DNA from: a virus
IMG/VR virus record: IMGVR_UViG_3300045988_128133
DNA: 64,000 nucleotides
Strand: one strand, 5' to 3'
The notes under the pieces: generated by a model
Told to the model about the DNA's origin: nothing
The model's input: only the letters and a program-made list of their open reading frames with translations
Database searches by the model: none
Shown here: positions 47,881 to 57,717 of the stretch, piece by piece
How positions within the stretch are numbered: position 1 is the stretch's first letter
Layout of the letters: each line of letters opens with the position of its first letter
Made by a program: the position numbers and the translations under genes

Positions 47881-49852
47881 TTTGTTTGAGCATGTTTAGG
47901 AATTCTTTCTCACTAATCACCGGGACTTTATGGAGTGCCGCAACCTTTTGCTTGTGTTCTCCGGGGGAGTCTCCGACAACTAGATAGCTGGTCTTTCTGG
48001 ATATATTCTCCTTAACACTGCCACCCATCCGTTTTACCAGCATAGCATACACAGAGCGGGGCTGGTTCAGCGTTCCCGTGATAACGAAGTTAATGCCTTT
48101 CAGGGTCTGGTTCTCTGGAAGGTTGCCCTTAACATCAACAATATCTTCACGCAGAACTGCGTAGTACATATCATTCCATGCAGGGTGCTGTTCAATCCAG
48201 TTCAGGATTTCCTCCGTCATTGCGCTTCCGAAACCTTCAATGTTCCCCTTCTTCAAATCGTCAGGGAAGAGGGTAAAGAAAGCTGACAGGGAAGAATATC
48301 TCCAGGACAGGTTTACGGCTCTGGTTTTGCCTATGTGGGGAATACCCATTGCCGTAATCCATTGCTCCAGTTTAGCGTCCTTTCTCCGCTTGTCAAGACA
48401 TTCCTTCAACCTTTTAGTCCCCGGTATCTGTGTAATCATGTCATCATAATCTCCAAGCATCAGAGGGAGCCACGGGTACTGGGCATCCGAAGGTATCTCT
48501 GCACACAGGTCAAGGCTGTCGTCAACGTATTCACGGAACCGGGCAACGAGGTTGCGGGCTACCGCAGGCCCCATGCCGTCAATGTCCAGAGCGTTCTTCC
48601 CACAGGCGTAAACGAGACTAGCCGCCATGCGTCCCCAGCAGTTGGGGTTAGGGCATACGAGGTTATCCGCTTCCAGACCTTTCTGCACGATGAGAGAGTG
48701 CTGACATTCCGGGCAGGATGCAGGGGACTTCGTACTAGTATTTGCAAGCTGAACCACCTTTCGGATAAAGGGAATGATTTCTCCTGCTTTCACCACTTCA
48801 ACCACGTCCCCGACATGATAGAGCTGGGCGTTGGAGTAGTTGGAAAGCGTGGCACGCCGGACTTCGGTACCTCCAATGATAACTGGGTCAAACTCTGCCA
48901 CTGGGGTCAATACTCCGGTTCTTCCTACCTGCCAGACAATCTTTCGGATGGTGGTATCTACCCCTCGCGGGTGGAACTTGAACGCAATAGCATCCTTCGG
49001 GTGATGAGCCGTAGGTTCTCCGGCCTCTTCAATATCCTGCAACGAAATCAGTTTAAGGACAAGGCCGTCCGTAGGATATTCCGTATCATACTGAAGTCCC
49101 TTTTGAAGAGCCTCCAGAAAATCCTGGGTAATTTCCCCATCAGTCAGGGGATTCCATATGCGTTGAGGGGGAACTACTCCGAACTGGCGTTCCATATAGA
49201 CACCCGCATAAGCGCGAGATACGGGGGCTTCCATGTCGAAGGGCATGAAACGGATAAGGAGGTCTTCCGCATTGAGGCGATTGTTCCTGAGCTGTCCCAC
49301 AGCACAGGCCCGGAGATTAGAGTAGCCCATAGCCAGAGCTTTCGCTTCATTCTCCACAGCTACCACCACTTCACCGCGAATGGTACCAGAGAAGGGGGAG
49401 TCCAACGCAAAGGCCGTATCGGGAAGGAAGGATTTAAGCCGGGACATGGGAACAATTTCTCCACGGGTTCCGTTGCCACGGGTGACACCGCGGATGAGCA
49501 AACCATCCTCATAATAGAGAACGAGAGTTAGCCCATCGTATTTAGGCTCAATGTACACCTTGCGTCCATTTATCCAGCTGTTAAGCTGGGCCACCCCGCT
49601 ACCATCCTCCCCCTCATGAATCTTGTCGAGGGAGAGGATGCGGTGGGTATGGACTACAGTCTTCGCTCCCCGCTGTGCGTCGTCACCGAGGGAACAGAGA
49701 AGCGGGGACTCAGGGTTACGGCTTCGGAGTTCAGCAATAAGTGCATCGTATTCACAATCGGGAACAACAGATAACCCTTCCCCATAATACTTCTGGTTCA
49801 GGAATTCAATCCGCTTTTCGAGTTCTGGTGTACTGTAGTCTTGAGGTTTCAT
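47864..49852 (-). CDS. ligA: NAD-dependent DNA ligase
   Basis: KYDG adenylation motif, C4 Zn finger CPECQ...CPNPNC, and a C-terminal BRCT-like segment. 662 aa. Confidence 0.75.
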   Translation of the reverse strand: MKPQDYSTPELEKRIEFLNQKYYGEGLSVVPDCEYDALIAELRSRNPESPLLCSLGDDAQRGAKTVVHTHRILSLDKIHEGEDGSGVAQLNSWINGRKVYIEPKYDGLTLVLYYEDGLLIRGVTRGNGTRGEIVPMSRLKSFLPDTAFALDSPFSGTIRGEVVVAVENEAKALAMGYSNLRACAVGQLRNNRLNAEDLLIRFMPFDMEAPVSRAYAGVYMERQFGVVPPQRIWNPLTDGEITQDFLEALQKGLQYDTEYPTDGLVLKLISLQDIEEAGEPTAHHPKDAIAFKFHPRGVDTTIRKIVWQVGRTGVLTPVAEFDPVIIGGTEVRRATLSNYSNAQLYHVGDVVEVVKAGEIIPFIRKVVQLANTSTKSPASCPECQHSLIVQKGLEADNLVCPNPNCWGRMAASLVYACGKNALDIDGMGPAVARNLVARFREYVDDSLDLCAEIPSDAQYPWLPLMLGDYDDMITQIPGTKRLKECLDKRRKDAKLEQWITAMGIPHIGKTRAVNLSWRYSSLSAFFTLFPDDLKKGNIEGFGSAMTEEILNWIEQHPAWNDMYYAVLREDIVDVKGNLPENQTLKGINFVITGTLNQPRSVYAMLVKRMGGSVKENISRKTSYLVVGDSPGEHKQKVAALHKVPVISEKEFLNMLKQNEKDS

Positions 49853-49853
49853 G

Positions 49854-50090
49854 TTAATTCAAGTTTTGAGGATTTCTTAAAATAGTACCGGGGCGTGGTA
49901 TAGCCATCCGTTCCACGGCCAGCTGGACTTCCTCCCGCACAATGGATTTAATACCCCGGATGCCTGTGTTATAGAACGCCAGTCCGATATAGTGGTCCAT
50001 ATTCATGGGGATTCCTTTCTTACTGGCCGCCTTATACCACAGTGGGATATGCTTTCGGAGGTATTCCCGGATTGATGCTTCGTCTTTCAT
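49854..50090 (-). CDS. hypothetical small protein
   Basis: 78 aa. Confidence 0.35.
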   Translation of the reverse strand: MKDEASIREYLRKHIPLWYKAASKKGIPMNMDHYIGLAFYNTGIRGIKSIVREEVQLAVERMAIPRPGTILRNPQNLN

Positions 50091-50092
50091 GA

Positions 50093-50659
50093 TTACCAGG
50101 TGGTCATAACAGACACATTATGTCCCTGCCAGTGGTGATATTTAACCGCCCGGCCCTGCTCATCCCGCTCTATCACGGATATATGGGTTCCATGGGTGTT
50201 GGTTAGCATATCCAAATCGGAGACCTTGAGTTTATCGAACCCCTTGATGCAGGTGCCACCGACAAAGATAAGGCATTGAGTATAAACATCATCCACTTTT
50301 GTGGGACGTTCGGGGGAGTCGCAGGATGAGAGGCATACCACGGCAATCAGACCCGCCACGAGGGCCAGAACCAGTGTGAGAATCCTATGGGTTAAATGCT
50401 TCATATATTTTCGTTGTCTTCTCCGTTTGAGTTTAAGCTGTTTCTTAATTCTTTTCCGATTGTTCTTTACCAGACAACGTATGTTGTCGGGCAGAGGTTT
50501 AAGGGAAGAGCGCATCCTTTCCAGTTCATAGAAAAACAGGAGGACATACCCGCAGGTAGCGCATACTATTTGTGGATTGGAACCATCAGTAACCTGATAG
50601 GGGCCTCCGCAAACAGGGCATACCGGAGTATTAGGCGAGGATGATTTTGGACTTGGCAT
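50093..50659 (-). CDS. Zn-ribbon / basic / single-TM / extracytoplasmic-domain protein
   Basis: CPVCG...CATCG ribbon, a K/R-rich stretch, one TM, then a lipobox-like LSSCDS. This architecture resembles anti-sigma or superinfection-exclusion proteins. Confidence 0.4.
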   Translation of the reverse strand: MPSPKSSSPNTPVCPVCGGPYQVTDGSNPQIVCATCGYVLLFFYELERMRSSLKPLPDNIRCLVKNNRKRIKKQLKLKRRRQRKYMKHLTHRILTLVLALVAGLIAVVCLSSCDSPERPTKVDDVYTQCLIFVGGTCIKGFDKLKVSDLDMLTNTHGTHISVIERDEQGRAVKYHHWQGHNVSVMTTW

Positions 50660-51224
50660 CTTCTACTTGCTGTTGCAGAACTTCTTTACTGATGAAGGAG
50701 TATTTGGAAAGCCTCAACAGCTTCATGCTTACGACGTTGGACAGTACGGTGAAATACCTGAACGCGTTAATCTTTCCTTCACCCTCACCCACGAGGTCAG
50801 GCTTGTTCAGGGTGGTGTAGGAAATGAGCATATGCACTGCCATGACCATGATAATGGCACGAACCATTGTGTTCGTATCAGTGTACATAGCGCATGCCTG
50901 TCCCGCATTCTCAATCTCCTGCGTGAACATGATAGAATCCCGGAGGTTGGACACCAGTTCAATAGCCTTCTCCAGCATGAACTTGACACCATGAGTTGTG
51001 GGAAGTTCTATACCTGGGAAAATAGAAGCCGCATGTTCCCCAATCTCCGTAGCCTTTTCAGCCACGGCTTCCGCGGATGCATCGGGTGCCAGACCGAAGG
51101 TGGGAATGGATTCCCAGGCCAGTTCCATTTCCTCTTTGAGCTTAATGGATTCCGGTTCCTTCAACAGGGCGGCCACTGCTTCTTCAACTGCGTCGAGCTT
51201 GATTTCTTTAGTAGATTCGTTCAT
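50631..51224 (-). CDS. acidic hypothetical protein (start moved to ATG 51224 downstream of internal promoter)
   Basis: The ORF-track start at 51278 is TTG. A TTGACA-N16-TATCAT promoter at 51251-51278 precedes ATG 51224. Confidence 0.35.
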   Translation of the reverse strand: MNESTKEIKLDAVEEAVAALLKEPESIKLKEEMELAWESIPTFGLAPDASAEAVAEKATEIGEHAASIFPGIELPTTHGVKFMLEKAIELVSNLRDSIMFTQEIENAGQACAMYTDTNTMVRAIIMVMAVHMLISYTTLNKPDLVGEGEGKINAFRYFTVLSNVVSMKLLRLSKYSFISKEVLQQQVEDAKSKIILA

Positions 51225-51250
51225 TTGTGTAGGTTGGTTAATGGGTTTAA

Positions 51251-51278
51251 ATGATACCGTGGGTTCCGTGGATGTCAA
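51251..51278 (-). promoter_or_regulatory. sigma70-like promoter TTGACA-N16-TATCAT embedded in the 3' end of the upstream gene
   Basis: The spacer is tccacggaacccacgg, that is, two CCACGG motifs. Confidence 0.4.
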
Positions 51279-51757
51279 TGAAAATCATCGAACATTTTAG
51301 GGACACAGGAAACTGCATTACAGATGGAAAACCGGGGGATAGATGCACCCGAAGGGGCCTCAATCTCCAGCTGGTTCTCAACCTGGGAGAGCAGAGCTAA
51401 AACATCCTTGCAGAATATCTGCTCCTTCCCCGATTCAATATTTTTACAGCGGTACTGGAGAGTGTCTGCGATAAAGGATGAAATTACAACGTAGTCCCTA
51501 CATGGGCACGAATCCAGCGAACAATATCCAATGTATCGAACTACATCCCCCACTTGCAGTTCGCGGTCGGGATAATAAAACATCGGCGTAAGGTCTAGAG
51601 GATTAGCCAGAATCGGTTTCGTGTTCGAGGCCTTCAACAGCTTAATCAGGTAGTTCCGGTCCTGTGCAAGAACCACTCCGGGGGTTATCCCATCAAAGAG
51701 AACGTGGTCTCCGATTACTGGATGTCTTAACTGGTCGAGAAGTATGTTAATGGTCAT
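51275..51757 (-). CDS. hypothetical protein
   Basis: 160 aa. Confidence 0.4.
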   Translation of the reverse strand: MTINILLDQLRHPVIGDHVLFDGITPGVVLAQDRNYLIKLLKASNTKPILANPLDLTPMFYYPDRELQVGDVVRYIGYCSLDSCPCRDYVVISSFIADTLQYRCKNIESGKEQIFCKDVLALLSQVENQLEIEAPSGASIPRFSICNAVSCVPKMFDDFH

Positions 51758-51761
51758 TGTT

Positions 51762-51903
51762 TCTGATTGGTTTTATAATTTCTTTCGTCGTCAAAGCGTT
51801 TCCATTCTTCCTTGTACTGGTGGTAGGCATCCCACAGGATGATGAAGACGCACAGAGATAGGATGAAGGAAAAAATGATACCAAGATATAACAGAATTTG
51901 CAT
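51762..51903 (-). CDS. small single-TM protein (46 aa), not in ORF track
   Basis: MQILLYLGIIFSFILSLCVFIILWDAYHQ... Its stop overlaps the downstream ATG as ATGA. Confidence 0.3.
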
Positions 51904-51937
51904 AGAACTTATTAGTAGCGTTATATGAGGGTTCTAG

Positions 51938-52504
51938 TTAGGCGCGGGTGTTGTCCTGAAGAGAACCACCAAGGATGAGACTTTCTATATCCAGCGGGTG
52001 TGCCGGGTCGAGGCTGATAGCTAAAGCGTCCACGTTAAAATCTACCAACGTTTCCCCGTAGGGTTCAATGTCCGCGGGCCTGTATTTAACCTCACGGGTC
52101 AGGGCCGGGCGAGCCTTGAATAGTGCGGAGAAGAGGTTCGTAGAGTAGCGTACTGCATTGAAGCCCATTTGATATGGCGTGTAGAAGAGTGTCGCATAGT
52201 AGTGTTCTTGTCCGCGCTTAATTATGGGAGTGTTTAGCCGCATAATCTGAACACATCTCCGGTCATGGTCGTTGCGGTAGGTGGCCGTCAGGGTTACTTG
52301 CTTTTTCTGCCACCAGGCGGGACCAAGCCCGAAGCCTTCCAGTTCAATGACATTTGGAGTCACTGGCTTCCGGGGAATAACTATCTGGGTCGGCTCATCT
52401 ACCATAAACAGAAGACCTTTCGGAAGTCCTTCGTAAACCGTCGGGTTCTTCTTCACGTAGTCAGCGAGAAGCCAAATCTGCTGGGCGAGTGCGATTGATT
52501 TCAT
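51938..52504 (-). CDS. hypothetical protein
   Basis: 188 aa. Confidence 0.4.
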   Translation of the reverse strand: MKSIALAQQIWLLADYVKKNPTVYEGLPKGLLFMVDEPTQIVIPRKPVTPNVIELEGFGLGPAWWQKKQVTLTATYRNDHDRRCVQIMRLNTPIIKRGQEHYYATLFYTPYQMGFNAVRYSTNLFSALFKARPALTREVKYRPADIEPYGETLVDFNVDALAISLDPAHPLDIESLILGGSLQDNTRA

Positions 52505-52541
52505 TATCTTATTGATTAGTAGGGTTATATGAGGGTTCTAG

Positions 52542-52889
52542 TTAGAGAATAGGTGGGTTAATTCCGAAGTCCTTCATCCAGCGGGCCAGTACTGCGGCCT
52601 GGCTGATATGTTTACGCATGCGCTTCCTGCATATGTTGGTTGCAATCTCAATCAGGAAGGAGGGAAGGAACCAAACCAAGATGAGAGCGCACCATACATG
52701 GAAACCCAGGTCAAACTTTCCAACCACACCCGCAACAAGCATGGCGGTGGAGAGAAGGAATCCCACAACAGTGGTTGCAATCGTAGATTTTTCGAGCAAG
52801 TCCCATGCGGTGTGGTACCTATCCGCAAGGCCCATGTGCTTCAAATACTGGGCACGGGTATTAAGCACGGCTTCCTTAAACGTGTTCAT
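52542..52889 (-). CDS. small membrane protein (2-3 TM)
   Basis: Hydrophobic segments. Confidence 0.4.
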   Translation of the reverse strand: MNTFKEAVLNTRAQYLKHMGLADRYHTAWDLLEKSTIATTVVGFLLSTAMLVAGVVGKFDLGFHVWCALILVWFLPSFLIEIATNICRKRMRKHISQAAVLARWMKDFGINPPIL

Positions 52890-52912
52890 AGCGTTCTATG
52901 AGGGTTCTAGAA

Positions 52913-53521
52913 TTAACGGAAAACTACCTTAATTTCAGTCACATCTGAATCACCCTTCTTCTCAACCACCGTGCTAAACTTCACCATGCAGGGGAGGAAC
53001 ATCTTTTCGGCCATGCGGCGAGCCTTAATAGAGTTCAGCTTCTGAGCCTGTGGTTCGTCGGCGTTCAGTACCCTGAATTTCATGTAGGTCAGGCTTTGGT
53101 CTACCATGAAGTCAACGGCTTGAATCTCATTTGCAATTCTGAATGCCACATCCTGCCAGTTCTGGGTTATCACCTCCATGAAGGTACGTGCCCACTGCAC
53201 GGCATCCTTGAGTGACAGGGAAGCCACTTCCAAAATCGTCAGCACCTGCCCATTCCACTTCATCTTGTGAATACGGGTAATGTACGAAGTAAGGGAAATG
53301 CGTTGCAGTTCAACGGCATAAGGTCTCCGATACGGTTTGATGAATACCGAGCCTTCACCATTCCAAAGTTCCGGCTTCTCAATGCGTACAGACTCTTCAT
53401 CCTTATGTAGGAGCAGGGTGTTAGGCTGAATTTTATTTACATAGGTGGTCAATCTAATCCATTCAGGGCGAGAAAGTTCTTCACGGCTCTTGCATTCAGT
53501 ATTTACGAAAAAGGCTTTCAT
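52913..53521 (-). CDS. hypothetical protein
   Basis: 202 aa. Confidence 0.4.
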   Translation of the reverse strand: MKAFFVNTECKSREELSRPEWIRLTTYVNKIQPNTLLLHKDEESVRIEKPELWNGEGSVFIKPYRRPYAVELQRISLTSYITRIHKMKWNGQVLTILEVASLSLKDAVQWARTFMEVITQNWQDVAFRIANEIQAVDFMVDQSLTYMKFRVLNADEPQAQKLNSIKARRMAEKMFLPCMVKFSTVVEKKGDSDVTEIKVVFR

Positions 53522-53623
53522 GATTTATAGCGTTCTATGAGGTTTCTAGTATTTTGGTTGATGTTAATTTAGGTTAATTATCTTTTTTCTTTTGGATTGT
53601 TAGGGTAGCCTAATTTGTTAGTT

Positions 53624-54700
53624 CTATCTAAGGGAAGAAGTATCAAGCACCGGGTGCACTGGGTTAGTCTCCGAGTTGACAAGATAGGAAGAATGGGAAG
53701 ACATGAGGACGTGAAGCCGTTGATGCACCGCCTGATAGTGGCGGTGAGCATCTAACCATTCCGTCAAGAGACTGCGTAGGTACCGCTCACTTTTAGCACT
53801 AGTCAAAGCCGCTTCCACCTTTTCAAGCTCGCTTTTAATACGGTTCTCCTGCTCTTTCAAGACTTGCGCCAATTCCGCTTGCGCCCCTTCATCCAGTCGG
53901 AAGCTGACGGAACCACGGCATACATTGAAGGCACTTGCAGGGAAAGAAATAAGCTCAATAGCTTCCGCATCCGTTGAACAGTCTTCGCACCTTACCCAGA
54001 CTTGCACGGCTAATCTCTCCATATCCACAAGAACATCAAGGCCATGTTTGTCATGCAGATTGCGAAGGGCCTCAATTTCGCCGGACGCACGGTTGAATAA
54101 ATGTTCAGCAAGGTAGGGTGTGAAGCGATACCCTGCTAATGCCTTCAAATCAAGGCGTAATGCGGTCAGGAGATACTGGGAAACTGTCAAAGCTATCCGG
54201 CGATTGATTAGATAAGACTGTGTGCGCTTGATATCATGGAGAATAGACCACGCCGCATTGTGACATGCGGCCCCTTCATCAGGAGAGAGCAGGGGAAGAA
54301 AAGTACTCATGGCTCCAGCGCAAGCATTATCCACCTGCTTTAAATGGTTGTCTATTTGGTCATACCCGTTCACGCTCAAGAAGTTGAACAGGTTTGCATG
54401 GGGAGAAGCGGCTAAAGTTTTTCCGTTGGTAATATGAACTCCGTACGTTGGCATGAAATGGGAGGTTGCCAGCGTTACGCCGTTTCTCCGGCGCATTTGC
54501 GCCCCTTCTGCGTCATACGTCCAATTATAATCTGCATAGTTTATCCCATTGAACAGGAAAGCTTTCTGGATATCGTCCGGTTCCGGGTTGTCCAAATATT
54601 TCACAGGTCGAAGGCAATCCAAATCACCGCAGAATTGAATGAGAGAAAGGGTGTTGTCCTTGAAACTCTTGACAAGTTTAGTTGCGGAAATGTTTGTCAT
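53624..54700 (-). CDS. hypothetical protein
   Basis: 358 aa. Confidence 0.4.
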   Translation of the reverse strand: MTNISATKLVKSFKDNTLSLIQFCGDLDCLRPVKYLDNPEPDDIQKAFLFNGINYADYNWTYDAEGAQMRRRNGVTLATSHFMPTYGVHITNGKTLAASPHANLFNFLSVNGYDQIDNHLKQVDNACAGAMSTFLPLLSPDEGAACHNAAWSILHDIKRTQSYLINRRIALTVSQYLLTALRLDLKALAGYRFTPYLAEHLFNRASGEIEALRNLHDKHGLDVLVDMERLAVQVWVRCEDCSTDAEAIELISFPASAFNVCRGSVSFRLDEGAQAELAQVLKEQENRIKSELEKVEAALTSAKSERYLRSLLTEWLDAHRHYQAVHQRLHVLMSSHSSYLVNSETNPVHPVLDTSSLR

Positions 54701-54735
54701 ACTTAAATAATTGCTTAGGGTTAATGAGTTAGGAA

Positions 54736-55536
54736 TTAGCGGTTGTACTTAGGAAGGGCGGCGTTGTAGTCCGTGCGCTTGTAGTGATATGTTTTCGGTG
54801 ACGTAATGGACGCAATAAGGGCATCCTGCTTCACCAGTTCACGCTTTACTTTAATTGTAGATTGCACAATCTTTCGCAAGATGCTTTCTTTCTGCATGTT
54901 GTGGAGAGATGTAAGAGCACTTTCCGCCTTAGATTCCAGATATTCCACAGTTGCGTTTAGCTTGTCAATCACGGGTTGCATGTCATCTACGCTAACAATG
55001 CGCCCAGTTTCCGGACTCACTAACACCTTAAAATCCAACGGGAAAGAAATATGTTCCTCCAATCCTAGGCTTCCGTGGAATCGGAGGCAATGCAAATCGT
55101 AATTGCTGAAATCTACATAGCCTTTAATTGTACGGAGAGTCTCTTTTTTCCGGGCATCATCCAAAGAGTCGGAGAAGCAAGCCTTTATGGCATTGTCCAA
55201 CCGGGCGTTGTAGACCTTACCCGCAAAACTGGGAAGCTTAGCAATTAGCCGCCTGATGAAGTCAATGGAGATATTGGCGGCGTAATAATAATTAAAAAGT
55301 TTCACTCGTGTAACATTCAAATCATCCAAAAAGGTACGGATTGATGCACCCAGTTCCCGCCAGTCATCTTTACCGAGGCCTTCCCCCGGTTCACCGTTGA
55401 ACTGGTTCCAGACTTCTTCCCGAACCGTTTTAATAGCGGCATCACTTTTCGTCATGTATGCAATCGTTTCGTTATGTGTGGTATATTTCATTTTCTTATT
55501 CTTTCTATTGGTTTTGTTAATATCCTTAAATATCAA
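54736..55536 (-). CDS. hypothetical protein
   Basis: 266 aa. Confidence 0.4.
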   Translation of the reverse strand: MIFKDINKTNRKNKKMKYTTHNETIAYMTKSDAAIKTVREEVWNQFNGEPGEGLGKDDWRELGASIRTFLDDLNVTRVKLFNYYYAANISIDFIRRLIAKLPSFAGKVYNARLDNAIKACFSDSLDDARKKETLRTIKGYVDFSNYDLHCLRFHGSLGLEEHISFPLDFKVLVSPETGRIVSVDDMQPVIDKLNATVEYLESKAESALTSLHNMQKESILRKIVQSTIKVKRELVKQDALIASITSPKTYHYKRTDYNAALPKYNR

Positions 55537-56084
55537 TCAATTATGCGTAACACCCTTGCTTCTGCGTCATCCGTACTGGGTGCCATATAACGCCCGCAAC
55601 CGTCAAAAGTTTCCGTTGCGGATGCGTCCATGAAATTAGTATGGACGTAATAGCTAAGATAAGGGCGGCCGTGCTTCGCATAATTCCACCCTACGGGAGC
55701 ATATTCATCATTCCAACGCATATCTGCAACACGCTTAAAACCTGCGTTTTTATATATTTTCGATAAATGGGGCGTATCGAGGCACATCAGCCACCCGGCA
55801 CCGTGAGCAACCGCATCACAGACTAGCCCGCTTCCGAGTATGATACTTTTCGGAGACTTAATGAGAGATACTAGCTCAAGATTTTCCGTGATTGCATAAA
55901 CTGCAACCGGGTTTGACGGTGTGCCTATCAAGTGGCAGTGCGCTTTCTTTTGGACATACCAGCTTTCTTCATGCACATCCACCGCGCCGCGCGTTCCTTC
56001 GTCAATCTTATTACGCAATTTATGCGCGGCGGTCAGCCATTCATTAAGGTCTTCGGTTTCGGCGTTGTAGCAATATCTATTCAT
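55533..56084 (-). CDS. possible GNAT-fold acetyltransferase
   Basis: ILGSGLVCDAVAHGAGW...YKNAGFKRV is a weak match to the acetyl-CoA-binding motif A. Confidence 0.3.
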   Translation of the reverse strand: MNRYCYNAETEDLNEWLTAAHKLRNKIDEGTRGAVDVHEESWYVQKKAHCHLIGTPSNPVAVYAITENLELVSLIKSPKSIILGSGLVCDAVAHGAGWLMCLDTPHLSKIYKNAGFKRVADMRWNDEYAPVGWNYAKHGRPYLSYYVHTNFMDASATETFDGCGRYMAPSTDDAEARVLRIID

Positions 56085-56149
56085 AATCTATTGTCTTTCT
56101 ATTGTTCGGTTGTTTTGTTCACCGCCCCTTATTGGCGGCTGATGTGGCT

Positions 56150-56177
56150 ATTTTAGCGGATTTGCGGATGTTGTCAA
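56150..56177 (-). promoter_or_regulatory. early promoter TTGACA-N16-TAAAAT (cassette A)
   Basis: Minus-strand read. TTTTGTCATACA lies at 56192-56203, an AT-rich UP-like tract, and a conserved leader hairpin CCGCC/GGCGG. Confidence 0.55.
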
Positions 56178-56185
56178 ATTATTTT

Positions 56186-56576
56186 TTAGACTGTATGACA
56201 AAACGGAGATTTATTTAGTAGTTTTGCTATCTGTATTTTTGCAATTCTGTGAGAAGGAAACACCCTAGAACATTTTCTTTTATATGTTGATAAGGTGCAA
56301 GGTGTTAGACAATTTGCCCGAACGTAATAAATTGTTGAATCTTCTTCTCCACCGTAAGGACGTACTAAACCTATTTCAATATATCCGGCTGAAATAAGTT
56401 CTTCAATGGGTCTTTTTGTTGCAATAGCCAGCCAGCTATACTTCTCCAACTGTACCGCATCTTTAATAGGTACGGAAGAAGCCTTTTCATCCGATACGGG
56501 AATCAATTCACTATTTACTACCTTATACCGGAACACCAAATCGTCAGCCAAAGGTAAAAATTTTATTCTTTTCATA
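56186..56576 (-). CDS. hypothetical early protein (ATG 56576)
   Basis: TTGTCATACAA at 56590-56602 abuts its start region. Confidence 0.35.
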
Positions 56577-56601
56577 TTATTTTTCAAGGTTGTATGACAA
56601 A

Positions 56602-57150
56602 TTACAAATAATTAACATGAGAGAGATACTTACTCCAATTCAGATTTTCCGGCTCTACTTCCTGCCCTTTCACCTGACGGAAGCGCATAAAGAGCTCCAC
56701 CTTTTTTCCTTTGGTATCATATCCGGGTGCGCTCCACTCTTCCAGATATTCTTCCCCCTCCCCCGCGTGGTGAATACTACCCGGAAAAAATCGGTTGGAA
56801 AGGGTCATTTGACGGGTGGCGCAATAGACGTGCCCTTGATAGACATACCCGCCGAACTGTTTTCGGAGTCCGTGAAAATCAACAGGGCATTGACCTTGCA
56901 CAAAGTAAAAATTATTGTTAACTACCAACCCTAAACGGAGGGAAACTGCACCGAGAGCACGGGCAATCAAACCTTCCAAAGATTTGACGGAATCGGAGGC
57001 GGTCAAATAGACTACCCATGCTTGGCCATGCCTCCAACAAATATGTTCCCGTTGGAGTGCGTTCTTAACACGTTTTTTAGCGTTGCGCCCTTCGGCACCT
57101 TGTGCATTGAGGCAGTCAAATAAAATTACGATTGTTTTTGCAGTTTTCAT
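56602..57150 (-). CDS. hypothetical early protein
   Basis: 182 aa. Confidence 0.35.
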   Translation of the reverse strand: MKTAKTIVILFDCLNAQGAEGRNAKKRVKNALQREHICWRHGQAWVVYLTASDSVKSLEGLIARALGAVSLRLGLVVNNNFYFVQGQCPVDFHGLRKQFGGYVYQGHVYCATRQMTLSNRFFPGSIHHAGEGEEYLEEWSAPGYDTKGKKVELFMRFRQVKGQEVEPENLNWSKYLSHVNYL

Positions 57151-57204
57151 ATTTAGTTTTTCTATTTGGTTTGTTCACCACCCTTGTGGGTGGCTGATGA
57201 AGTT

Positions 57205-57232
57205 AATCTAGCAGATTTTGCTACCTTGTCAA
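57205..57232 (-). promoter_or_regulatory. early promoter TTGACA-N16-TAGATT (cassette B)
   Basis: Leader hairpin is CCACCC-ACAA-GGGTGG. Confidence 0.5.
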
Positions 57233-57266
57233 ATTATTTTTTACTTTGTATGACAAAATGGATAAA

Positions 57267-57587
57267 TTATTGATTGATAATGGCTTGTGCGTAGTCCATA
57301 ATATTGCTTACGTGTACAACCCGGAAGCGTTCCTGTTCCGCAATCAGGGCAATGTCTTTTTGCTGACGGGAAGTTGTCTGGGAGTATTTGCGGGAAGAAA
57401 GATAAAGGATTTTATTTGCTCTATCTACTGCCGCAATTATGGTGGCATATGAGTACAAGAGCGGCCCCTCAAATTTCATTGAGCGAAGGCTTCCATAGTT
57501 GGTGCGGCGCAATGGTGCTTTCCCGCTGGTTGCGGTTCCGTCCAGATACGGGTACATAAGTTTTTCAACGTAGTTTCGGGTATTCAT
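57267..57587 (-). CDS. hypothetical early protein
   Basis: 106 aa. Confidence 0.35.
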   Translation of the reverse strand: MNTRNYVEKLMYPYLDGTATSGKAPLRRTNYGSLRSMKFEGPLLYSYATIIAAVDRANKILYLSSRKYSQTTSRQQKDIALIAEQERFRVVHVSNIMDYAQAIINQ

Positions 57588-57643
57588 ATTCTGTTTTCTT
57601 TCTATTTGATTTGTTTGCCGTCCTATCGGTGGCTGATGAAGCT

Positions 57644-57671
57644 AGTTTATCGGATTTGATGATGTTGTCAA
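57644..57671 (-). promoter_or_regulatory. early promoter TTGACA-N16-TAAACT (cassette C)
   Basis: TTTTGTCATACAA lies at 57699-57711. Confidence 0.5.
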
Positions 57672-57717
57672 CTATTTTATTTAAAATTTTTCATCTTTGT
57701 ATGACAAAAGTTGAAAC

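Noticed and set aside
56602-57150. Cas2-like N-terminus (TIVILFDCLNAQGAEGRNAKKRVKN...)
   Set aside because: Only a vague pattern resemblance, with no adjacent cas genes or array. Not supportable.
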